Below, piece by piece: positions 1 through 5,867 of a stretch of 5,867 nucleotides of DNA; the stretch's first letter is position 1, and each line of letters begins with the position of its first letter. The stretch comes from a virus (Duplodnaviria > Heunggongvirae > Uroviricota > Caudoviricetes). A program made the position numbers and the translations under genes. Under the pieces are notes generated by a model. It searched no databases. It was given only the letters and a program-made list of their open reading frames with translations, and was not told where the DNA came from. The stretch lies in the IMG/VR virus record IMGVR_UViG_2744054675_000002. One strand, given 5' to 3'.

Positions 1-539
1 TTAAATACTGCGGCACTCTCTCCAGAGTTAATAGCTGCAGATATCATGTCATAATTTGATATAAAATCATTTGGCGTGATTATTTCTGCGTTTTTATTGT
101 GCTGTGTTCTAAGTTTTGAATTTACATGAACACTTTTAACTGCAATACGGGAGTCGTCAACAAGTATTTCATTACCCTCTGTTGCTAACTCTTGTCTTAA
201 CTGATCCGGGTCATACTTCAGCACATTCGGAAAATAGAATTGCTGAGAACCATACGCATCATAAACAGCCATAGAATGGCCTTGCACAGTTACGAACTTG
301 GCAATCTGTCCGTTATATACCGGGTAACCAGCAGCGTTAATGATGATTGGTTGCGAAACAGGAACGTGAGAGCCGTCTTCATTCTCCACATAAACCTGAA
401 TCTGGTTTTCAGGATTTACCGGATCAGTGTCAATTTTACCGATATAAATTTTGCCATTGGCTACGGCTTTAAAAGAACGCGCCATAGTGAAGAGTTGCGA
501 AGGCATGCTGACCACAACATTGGCTGTAATGTCTGTCAT
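1..539 (-). CDS. Tailspike protein, N-terminal head-binding domain (P22 gp9-like); 5' partial, continues beyond the left window edge
   Basis: Hand translation of the minus strand from ATG at 539..537 gives [130 protein letters not shown]..., open to position 1 (about 179 codons). I recognise this as the conserved head-binding domain of P22/Sf6/HK620-type tailspikes. A GGAG Shine-Dalgarno lies about 8 nt upstream. It is missing from the supplied ORF track, presumably because no stop codon falls inside the window. Confidence 0.9.
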   Translation of the reverse strand, partial: MTDITANVVVSMPSQLFTMARSFKAVANGKIYIGKIDTDPVNPENQIQVYVENEDGSHVPVSQPIIINAAGYPVYNGQIAKFVTVQGHSMAVYDAYGSQQFYFPNVLKYDPDQLRQELATEGNEILVDDSRIAVKSVHVNSKLRTQHNKNAEIITPNDFISNYDMISAAINSGESAAVF

Positions 540-596
540 TTAATTTGCTCCAGATACAAGGAATCGCCGCAGCGTGGCCACGGTGAATTTTGGGCA

Positions 597-620
597 TAAA
601 AAAACCCAGCCGAAGCTGGG
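597..620 (-). terminator. Rho-independent terminator between ant and the tailspike gene
   Basis: On the minus strand: CCCAGC-UUCG-GCUGGG (plus coords 605..620) followed directly by a U7 tract (plus-strand A-run 598..604). This is a GC-rich 6-bp stem with a UUCG tetraloop. The position matches the known terminator after ant in P22, which late transcription reads through to express the tailspike. Confidence 0.8.
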
Positions 621-639
621 TCGTTGCGTTGGTTATCTG

Positions 640-1542
640 TCAGTAGTTATGTACTGAAGGAGGTAATTCTTTATTCTTAAGTCTCATCCATGCGGAAAGA
701 TTCGTTGGTCCGTCTGGCTCATTGATATCAACATCTCGTGTGTGATTGATTAAAACGTCTCTCGCCATTCCGATAACATACGAGAACTCATGACCATAGT
801 CGTAGCATCTGCCGGAATAGTTCGATTGAATTTGTTTCAGCGCCGGATACAGTTCGCGGAATAATGCCTGTGAGCGGTTGGCATAATCCCATAACCATAC
901 AAGGCTGTTTACTTCTTTTGCAGAAAGCTCGTTGGTTTTCTTCTCTTGTTTGCTAATGAACTCACCTTCAAGCACTACCCTGTGGATGTACTCTACTGCT
1001 TGCGGTATCTGAGATGCATCAAGCTCTTCAATACTTTCCACATTGAAACGCTGATGAATCATTGCATAAGCTTCTGGGTACATTAGATGCTTTTTGCTGA
1101 CCAGCATATTTACAGCATCACGAAGCGGAGTCCTGTCATCAACAGATGTTTTCTTACGTGCATTTTCTGCCTTTCCCTTTGTCCAGTAGTCATGCAGCAC
1201 GGTAAAGCATTCTTCCTGGTACTGAATCAGTTTATCGCGGATGTCAGCACGAACTTTCTCAGGGTTGATGCTGAACAGCCATCCATTTAACTTCTTCAAA
1301 GGAAGGCAGAGTAGCTTACGAAGTTTCCCATCAGCGGCAACCATATTCATATGAATACAGTTGAACTTATCTAGTTGTTTCATAAGTTTTTGTTGCTGAG
1401 TACCCCAGCTCATTCCGAGGTTTTCAACGATTGGCTTCATCGCAACATATGCAACTCCGGCAGCCATGGCGGTGATAATCTGCTGACCATTGAAAGGTAC
1501 GTAAGAGGTGTTCACTGCTTCTAAAATTGCTATACTATTCAT
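640..1542 (-). CDS. ant: Antirepressor Ant (P22 immI-type), 300 aa
   Basis: ORF 640..1608 on the minus strand, but the codon at 1608 is TTG. The first ATG is at 1542..1540 ([21 protein letters not shown]...), with GGAG about 10 nt upstream, giving 300 aa. Size, position directly downstream of an Arc-like gene, and orientation toward the tailspike all match P22 ant. Confidence 0.85.
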   Translation of the reverse strand: MNSIAILEAVNTSYVPFNGQQIITAMAAGVAYVAMKPIVENLGMSWGTQQQKLMKQLDKFNCIHMNMVAADGKLRKLLCLPLKKLNGWLFSINPEKVRADIRDKLIQYQEECFTVLHDYWTKGKAENARKKTSVDDRTPLRDAVNMLVSKKHLMYPEAYAMIHQRFNVESIEELDASQIPQAVEYIHRVVLEGEFISKQEKKTNELSAKEVNSLVWLWDYANRSQALFRELYPALKQIQSNYSGRCYDYGHEFSYVIGMARDVLINHTRDVDINEPDGPTNLSAWMRLKNKELPPSVHNY

Positions 1543-1614
1543 GTTGGTTTTTCTCCACGGATTTACCGACAACCGAAGCCCTGACTGTTCCAGCAGTTGG
1601 GGCTTCAACTTTTT
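1543..1614 (+). ncRNA. sar: Candidate sar-like small antisense RNA, complementary to the ant RBS/start and the arc-ant intercistronic region
   Basis: Plus strand: extended -10 motif TGcTATACT at 1528..1536, inside the ant 5' coding region, which predicts a start near 1543. A hairpin follows at 1575..1606 (GAAGCCC / GGGCTTC core, extendable with G-U pairs, 6-nt loop), then AACTTTTTG at 1607..1615. The predicted transcript of about 70 nt matches the size and position of the P22 sar RNA. Ends are approximate. Confidence 0.5.
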
Positions 1615-1778
1615 GCTATATTACCTTTAGAACTATCCCGCCTTAAACTATCCACTAACCGCATTACCATCTCGGTATTTATTGAGCGACCATTTTCTTT
1701 CGCTGACTTCTCGATTGCTAACTTAACCTCTAATGGGATGCGCAAAGGGTACTTTGGTGCGTCTGACTTGACTATCAT
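1605..1778 (-). CDS. arc: Arc-family ribbon-helix-helix repressor, 57 aa
   Basis: Minus-strand ORF. The ATG at 1778..1776 is preceded by GGAGGT (revcomp of 1782..1787). Protein [57 protein letters not shown] has the N-terminal beta-strand plus helix pattern of P22 Arc (compare PQFNLRWPREV...ENGRSVNSEIY). The track ORF 1605..1793 begins at a TTG and is taken as an over-extension. Confidence 0.85.
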   Translation of the reverse strand: MIVKSDAPKYPLRIPLEVKLAIEKSAKENGRSINTEMVMRLVDSLRRDSSKGNIAKS

Positions 1779-1866
1779 ATTACCTCCAATCAATTTGGTA
1801 TAACCGTTATACCATTGTGATCGCAGTGATGCAATAGTAATATCACCAAAATGCTATGGAGGTGGT
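1779..1866. promoter_or_regulatory. Divergent immI control region (Pant leftward, Pmnt rightward) with operators
   Basis: An 88-bp gap between divergent arc and mnt start codons. Candidate Pmnt on plus: -35 TTGTGA 1815..1820, 17-bp spacer, -10 TAATAT 1838..1843. Candidate Pant on minus: -35 TTGCAT (revcomp of 1829..1834), 17-bp spacer, -10 TATAAC (revcomp of 1806..1811). Promoter hexamers were assigned by eye and are tentative. Confidence 0.6.
1796..1814. promoter_or_regulatory. Perfect 19-bp palindromic operator TGGTATAAC-C-GTTATACCA (putative Mnt-type operator overlapping the Pant -10 and start)
   Basis: Nine-bp perfect inverted repeats around a central C, read directly from the sequence. 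It sits about 18 bp upstream of the arc start codon, overlapping the proposed Pant -10, analogous to O-mnt in P22. Confidence 0.6.
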
Positions 1867-2103
1867 ATGTCACGCGAAGAGCCGCAAATAAATATCAGGA
1901 TTTCCAAAGAGTTAAAGGCAAAGGTTAAAGCCAGGGCGCAACATAACAAGCGTTCCATGAATGCTGAAATAATACAGATTATCGAAGATGCTGTTTGTGG
2001 TAGATCGCTTAATAGCAATGAATTTGCTCAGAAAGAGGCTGACAAATTCAGGGATGCGCTGATTGAAACACTGAAAACCATGTATGGTAAGGATGCAAAA
2101 TGA
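1867..2103 (+). CDS. mnt: Mnt-family ribbon-helix-helix repressor, 78 aa
   Basis: ATG at 1867 with GGAGG at 1858..1862. Protein MSREEPQINIRISKELKAKVKARAQHNKRSMNAEIIQIIEDAV... matches the P22 Mnt N-terminal pattern (compare ...FNFRMPMEVREKLKFRAEANGRSMNSELLQIVQDAL). It is divergent from arc-ant, as in P22 immI. Confidence 0.85.
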   Translation: MSREEPQINIRISKELKAKVKARAQHNKRSMNAEIIQIIEDAVCGRSLNSNEFAQKEADKFRDALIETLKTMYGKDAK

Positions 2104-2309
2104 ATAAAAAACAGTTTATTAAGTCAAAAACATCAAGCAAGGAAGAGCTAGAGAAAGAGCTAAACTCCCTGAAATATGCTCTGTGTCTGGTTTACTCAAG
2201 ACTGCCAATGGAAGATAAAAACGCTATTTACAATGAAATGATTAGCAGCCTTGATTTTAACGATAGAGACCTAGCATCCCACCTCAACAGCTTCCGCGTC
2301 CCTGAGTAA
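2100..2309 (+). CDS. Hypothetical small protein (69 aa), translationally coupled to mnt
   Basis: The ATG at 2100 overlaps the mnt stop in an ATGA arrangement, with AAGGA 6 nt upstream. The protein is hydrophilic and probably helical, with no family I recognise. The region looks AT-rich by eye. Confidence 0.5.
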   Translation: MNKKQFIKSKTSSKEELEKELNSLKYALCLVYSRLPMEDKNAIYNEMISSLDFNDRDLASHLNSFRVPE

Positions 2310-2469
2310 TTCTGTTGCGGATTTGCTTCTTGCGGTGGTTTAGGCTGGAGAGCTTGGCTTCTGCTTCCGATATTTGCGCATCCAGATCTTTAAGTTCAAG
2401 ATCTGAAAGTCGCTGGTCAAGCAGGGTTTGATTCAACTCGATGTTGTTCAGGCGTTCTTCTATGGTCAT
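2284..2469 (-). CDS. Hypothetical coiled-coil-like small protein (61 aa)
   Basis: ATG at 2469..2467 with AAGGTAA upstream (revcomp of about 2476..2482). Codon choice looks coding-like (CTG, CGC, AAC, ATC). The protein has heptad-like hydrophobic spacing and a basic C-terminus. It lies in late-operon orientation and overlaps the 3' end of the 69-aa ORF by 26 bp, so it is uncertain. Confidence 0.35.
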   Translation of the reverse strand: MTIEERLNNIELNQTLLDQRLSDLELKDLDAQISEAEAKLSSLNHRKKQIRNRITQGRGSC

Positions 2470-2494
2470 ATTATTACCTTAGTGGGAGATTGGT

Positions 2495-2794
2495 GTGAAG
2501 CGATGGGTTATAGGTGCATTCTGTTTTCTAATTAGTGGTCTTGCACAATCGCAAGATAAGGATCTGAAATTTGCTAACGACATGTTAGTTACAGCTAAAG
2601 TTGCTGGTATGTGTGGAACATTTAAACAAATGTTTGCTTTTCAAGAAGCAACACAGATGCCCGGCGGAGATGAATTTATTGAACGTTTTTTGAATACGGA
2701 AATTTCTCGCCTAGGAATGTCACTTCAAGAGTTCATGAAGTTGTGCACAGATTCTATAGAGTCATACAATAAATTAAAAAGGATGTCAGAATAG
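2495..2794 (+). CDS. Hypothetical secreted/periplasmic small protein (99 aa) with N-terminal signal peptide
   Basis: GTG start at 2495 with GGGAG at 2484..2488 (6-nt spacer). The N-terminus MKRWVIGAFCFLISGLAQSQ has a basic n-region, hydrophobic core and a likely signal peptidase I site after GLA. There is no lipobox. The mature part of about 79 aa has two Cys. The gene is AT-rich. Confidence 0.6.
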   Translation: MKRWVIGAFCFLISGLAQSQDKDLKFANDMLVTAKVAGMCGTFKQMFAFQEATQMPGGDEFIERFLNTEISRLGMSLQEFMKLCTDSIESYNKLKRMSE

Positions 2795-2808
2795 CCATCC
2801 ATGGCTAT
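2791..2808. repeat. 18-bp palindrome ATAGCCAT-CC-ATGGCTAT straddling the stop codon of the 99-aa ORF
   Basis: Eight-bp perfect inverted-repeat arms with a 2-bp centre, read directly from the sequence. Function unknown (protein-binding site or RNA hairpin). Confidence 0.4.
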
Positions 2809-2820
2809 CGGGAGGTTAAT

Positions 2821-2889
2821 ATGGTAACAGTCGGTTGGATTATTGTTGCCCTGCTTGTTGCTCTGTGGGCAAAGAATCGTTACTACTGA
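2821..2889 (+). CDS. Candidate 22-aa hydrophobic micro-protein ([22 protein letters not shown])
   Basis: ATG at 2821 preceded by GGGAGG at 2810..2815 (5-nt spacer), 26 nt after the 99-aa ORF stop. It encodes a single predicted transmembrane helix with a basic/aromatic tail. Caveat: 50 bp overlap the antisense of the Gln-rich 3' end of the gp16-like gene, which biases toward Leu/Val codons. Confidence 0.25.
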   Translation: MVTVGWIIVALLVALWAKNRYY

Positions 2890-5008
2890 GAAAAGCGATA
2901 ATACCAACGCGGGCTAGATTTTTCTTCTCGTCCGCTGATAGCGTATTTACCCAATCCCTATATGGTTTCACTTTCTGCATTGAAGCATCCACCGATTTCC
3001 TAGATGCTGGGGTGCTGGCGTGACCTGCGGCAATCCTTTTTGAGAGATTTTTAAAAGCCGGAGATGCTATTAATTCATCAGCGGCAGCCATTCTTGAATT
3101 TTTACCAGAACGGAGGAGGCTAAAGAGTACCCCTGCCGTACCGGCTCCAGGCGCTCCGATGGCTGTGGTTAGCCCTTCTGCTTTAGCCACGTCTTTTCCT
3201 ATTCCATATATACGCCCAAGCATTCCCTTCTCTCCTGCGAACTGATTCATCATCCGGTCAATTTGAGAGGAGGAATACACCTTCTCGCTGCCCACCCTTT
3301 GCATGCCAGAAGCCACCTCATAGATGTTTCTCAACCTACGCGTAGCCTGATAGCCAATTGCCCGGCTCAATGCCTGCATATTTGATTTGTTTCTTGATAG
3401 CCCTCCATACCACTTAACAAATCCAGGAACACCAAGTGACTGCCCGGGAGATTTAGCGAACGTAGTGAAAGCCCTATTCATTGCGGTGGCAACAGCTGGT
3501 TGCACCATGTCATCAGGAAGATTTGAAACTAGGCGACGGAAATCACCGCCCTTTCCTTGAGACATATCGACGATAGCTTGCTGTAATTGCGGCACTATTC
3601 CTTTATCCAAGTCTCTGCCAAGATTTTGAACAGCGGCTGCCTGCACTGCGAATCTCTTTCTCCCGATCTCTCTAGCTAAATTCCATGTATCCTCTGCACC
3701 ATATTTGGCAGCAGCGGCTCCCTGATCTTTTATCAGTGCGCTTTCAATAATTCCAAGGTGCCGAGCGTCGATGCCGCTATATGGCCCTTTATCCATCTCT
3801 TTGCCAAGAGCCCTTCCAACCTGCCGTCGAACTGCATCAAGAAGACCATAAGTCGGGGCGGTGTTTGGGTCTATTTGTTCCAAGGTCTTTGACAGTTGAG
3901 GATATAGCGATTTTAGTTTTTCCAGCCCACCGACATCATCTGCAATATCCTCAATGGCGTTAGTGGTATGGGTGGTATCTACGGTAGCTCTTGTTGGAAT
4001 TTTTGCTCTAATTTGATTGTATAGAGTGTCTTCTTGGCGCTTCAGGTTTGATCTTAACTCCTCATAAGAGCTTTTGACCTTTTGATTGATAAAGTCCTTA
4101 TCAACGCTCCCACCAAAATCATTAATAAATTTATCTGCCTGCTCTCCAAGCCTACTAATGGCCTCTCGCTGTGCGTGGAACAGTTTATTCCCTGGGGTTG
4201 CAGCTAAAGCATTTTCAAACGCGCGGTAAGAAGGGTTGCTGGAGTACATGCCGGGAGTTAAGGCATCCTCCATCCCAAGATTGCGGGCGGCCTGTAGCAC
4301 AGAATCATCTGGTGAAACAGCTTCCGCGAGAGCATTTAAACCAGATCTGTTTCCTGTTATTGGATTCACATCTGTAGCTTTCGTTGCAACCCTCGCCATT
4401 CCACTAAGTTCAGATGCCTGAGACATTTCTGCCGATGGAGGCCTAAACCTCTTCGTAACCGCACTGGCTGCTTTGCTAATCACTGGAGATGCCAATTCAG
4501 CAATTGGACCAGCGGCAGCACCTATAGCCGCCCCTGTAGTTACATTGCCACCGGTTCCGTTAGCAACAACACCACCTTCAACCGCACCAAGCCCTGCGGC
4601 GGCAGCCAGCCTTGCCGCCCCTTTCGGAACCTGAGAAATAATCCCACCACCACTAACAAATGGCGCTGCTTGTCCAACAAACTCACCAACATCTTGTGCG
4701 GTTGATGGTTTTGCCGCTAACTTCTGCTGTAGAGACTGAATTGCGGCTTGCTCTTCTGGTGTCATATCCTGAAACAGGCCAACACCTTTACCAACATCCA
4801 TCAATCCACTGAGAACGCCATACATAAAACGGTCGAAACCGTTAGCATTATTAACAACATTTTCCTGTCTGGAATTTTCCTCTGGTGAAACCAAAGGAGA
4901 TTGCTGCTGTTCTGGTTGGGAATCAAGCACAAAGCCATCAGGAAGTTGTGAGTTATCAGGCTGTTCATCCAGAACAAACCCCTCTGGTAAACCTACATTG
5001 GTTGCCAT
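2840..5008 (-). CDS. Ejection (DNA-transfer/injection) protein, P22 gp16-like, 722 aa
   Basis: Long minus-strand ORF with ATG at 5008 and AGGA about 7 nt upstream. It is the last late-operon gene before the immI region, which is the position of gene 16 in P22-like genomes. It has a Gly/Ala-rich segment and a hydrophobic stretch near the N-terminus. The family assignment comes from synteny and composition, not from a verified alignment. Confidence 0.7.
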   Translation of the reverse strand: MATNVGLPEGFVLDEQPDNSQLPDGFVLDSQPEQQQSPLVSPEENSRQENVVNNANGFDRFMYGVLSGLMDVGKGVGLFQDMTPEEQAAIQSLQQKLAAKPSTAQDVGEFVGQAAPFVSGGGIISQVPKGAARLAAAAGLGAVEGGVVANGTGGNVTTGAAIGAAAGPIAELASPVISKAASAVTKRFRPPSAEMSQASELSGMARVATKATDVNPITGNRSGLNALAEAVSPDDSVLQAARNLGMEDALTPGMYSSNPSYRAFENALAATPGNKLFHAQREAISRLGEQADKFINDFGGSVDKDFINQKVKSSYEELRSNLKRQEDTLYNQIRAKIPTRATVDTTHTTNAIEDIADDVGGLEKLKSLYPQLSKTLEQIDPNTAPTYGLLDAVRRQVGRALGKEMDKGPYSGIDARHLGIIESALIKDQGAAAAKYGAEDTWNLAREIGRKRFAVQAAAVQNLGRDLDKGIVPQLQQAIVDMSQGKGGDFRRLVSNLPDDMVQPAVATAMNRAFTTFAKSPGQSLGVPGFVKWYGGLSRNKSNMQALSRAIGYQATRRLRNIYEVASGMQRVGSEKVYSSSQIDRMMNQFAGEKGMLGRIYGIGKDVAKAEGLTTAIGAPGAGTAGVLFSLLRSGKNSRMAAADELIASPAFKNLSKRIAAGHASTPASRKSVDASMQKVKPYRDWVNTLSADEKKNLARVGIIAFLSSNDSLPTEQQAGQQ

Positions 5009-5867
5009 TGTCCGTTCCTGTAAATAATTTTCTGACCAGTTTTAGGATTTTTCGCGGTCATACCTTCTCGAAATGTTTGACCGCCAGATGTTGCTTGTTG
5101 TGTCTGTTGTTGCGCAGGCTGCTGAATATCTTCATACAGCTTGGCTTTTCTGGATTGCAATTGCTTAGTTAGTCCGCTGGGGAGAGAATCTCCATAAGTT
5201 GAAAGATAATCATCCATTTGCTGATTAAACTTTTCGCCTTCAGTATTTGCCATCAGTTTTGAGGTGTTGATTAAGTCTTGGACTTGCTCATTATTCAGCA
5301 TCTTGCCGTTAGATAATTGGCTAACATAGTTACCAAGTGTGCCGAATATTCCATCAGTGCGTTTTACCTGCACTTGCTCACCTTCGCGTACCACAGATTG
5401 CGGATCCAGCGATTTCATATAGTTGAAAATCATTCCCAACTGTGCGGCTGGAGTGTTGCGCTTACCAAGGGCTTGTAGGTTGTCAGCAGCACTGCGCATT
5501 GCAGAATAATTCTTTGAGAACCCATTAATATCACTATTCAGATTTCGAACAAGTTTTGGGTCAATCTTTCCGCTTTCCTGTTGTTTCATCCCTAATTCCT
5601 GCAACTTCAGGGCTACGTTATCATTATGCATTTGTGCCCGCTGAGCCCTGTCTAGTTGAGCGTTTTGGATATTTGCCCATCCTCTCGCGTTCTCCATGTC
5701 AGCCTGACGGATGCTTTCATCCAATCGCCCTTTCTCAAGTTGGCGACCAACCATCTTATCCTGATAATCCAGCATTTTATCCGGACCAACAGCCCCTAGC
5801 GTCATAGTAGTCAGCATGTGTGATAGCTGCTCTGGATTCTGGATACCTGTCTGAATCATCCAGTCAG
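4993..5867 (-). CDS. Ejection protein, P22 gp20-like; 3' portion, N-terminus lies beyond the right window edge
   Basis: The minus-strand frame is open from the window edge (codons upstream of the ATG at 5859 remain open) to the TAG at 4995..4993. It overlaps the start of the gp16-like gene by 16 bp, which is typical late-operon packing. The product call is by synteny only. Confidence 0.6.
   Translation of the reverse strand, partial: DWMIQTGIQNPEQLSHMLTTMTLGAVGPDKMLDYQDKMVGRQLEKGRLDESIRQADMENARGWANIQNAQLDRAQRAQMHNDNVALKLQELGMKQQESGKIDPKLVRNLNSDINGFSKNYSAMRSAADNLQALGKRNTPAAQLGMIFNYMKSLDPQSVVREGEQVQVKRTDGIFGTLGNYVSQLSNGKMLNNEQVQDLINTSKLMANTEGEKFNQQMDDYLSTYGDSLPSGLTKQLQSRKAKLYEDIQQPAQQQTQQATSGGQTFREGMTAKNPKTGQKIIYRNGQWQPM

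Noticed and set aside
240-599. 119-aa plus-strand ORF from the track
   Set aside because: It lies antisense to the clearly recognisable tailspike N-terminal coding sequence and spans the ant-tailspike terminator. The protein is low-complexity with no SD. Taken as a spurious antisense frame.
1087-1290. 67-aa plus-strand ORF inside ant
   Set aside because: Antisense to the ant coding region, with no RBS; typical shadow ORF.
1543-1608. 22-codon N-terminal extension of the ant ORF (track start at 1608)
   Set aside because: The codon at 1608 is TTG. The ATG at 1542 has a proper SD and yields the expected 300-aa antirepressor. The extension would also overlap the 3' end of arc.
1779-1793. 5-codon N-terminal extension of arc (track start at 1793, MIGGN...)
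   Set aside because: The start at 1793 is TTG and the extension would translate the SD itself (GGAGGT). The ATG at 1778 is the likely start.
1597-1803. 68-aa plus-strand ORF opposite arc
   Set aside because: Antisense to arc and running through the operator/promoter region; no SD. Part of this interval is better explained as the sar-like RNA terminator.
2316-2335. TTGCGG...TTGCGG repeat downstream of the 69-aa ORF, considered as a terminator
   Set aside because: The repeats are direct, not inverted, so no hairpin forms, and there is no T-tract. No terminator is called.
2725-3023. 60-aa minus-strand ORF (2725..2907) and 62-aa plus-strand ORF (2835..3023)
   Set aside because: Both overlap the 3' end of the gp16-like gene and/or the 99-aa ORF in other frames, and both lack convincing RBSs. 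The 22-codon micro-ORF with its strong SD is the only candidate retained in this interval, and only at low confidence.
3781-5172. Plus-strand ORFs 3781..3963, 4171..4377, 4236..4421 and 4885..5172
   Set aside because: All lie antisense within the long gp16-like/gp20-like coding sequences. High-GC coding regions commonly yield open antisense frames, and none has a credible start context.
5556-5807. 83-aa plus-strand ORF
   Set aside because: Antisense to the gp20-like ejection protein gene; Pro/Ser-rich translation typical of an antisense frame.
1-5867. Search for tRNA, CRISPR repeats, IS-element terminal inverted repeats, integrase or att sites
   Set aside because: No periodic direct repeats, no cloverleaf-like tRNA candidates and no transposase- or integrase-like ORFs were seen. 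The window is internal to the phage late/immI region.

Overview
This window reads as part of a P22-like (lambdoid podovirus) phage or prophage from an enterobacterial host, with the minus strand running in the late-operon direction. From high to low coordinates on the minus strand: the 3' part of a gp20-like ejection protein gene (runs off the right edge), a 722-aa gp16-like ejection protein gene, an AT-rich accessory island of three or four small ORFs (2100..2889), then a complete immI-type immunity module. That module has mnt (+), a divergent promoter/operator region with a perfect 19-bp palindrome, arc and ant (-), a candidate sar-like antisense RNA over the ant ribosome-binding site, and a strong intrinsic terminator. 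The N-terminal head-binding domain of the tailspike gene follows and runs off the left edge. The accessory island sits where phage P22 carries sieA and is the best candidate for an undescribed function (for example superinfection exclusion), but I recognise no family for any of its proteins. All calls come from reading and hand-translating the sequence and from recalled family features; no database search or computation was run. No tRNA, rRNA, CRISPR array, IS element or integrase was seen.
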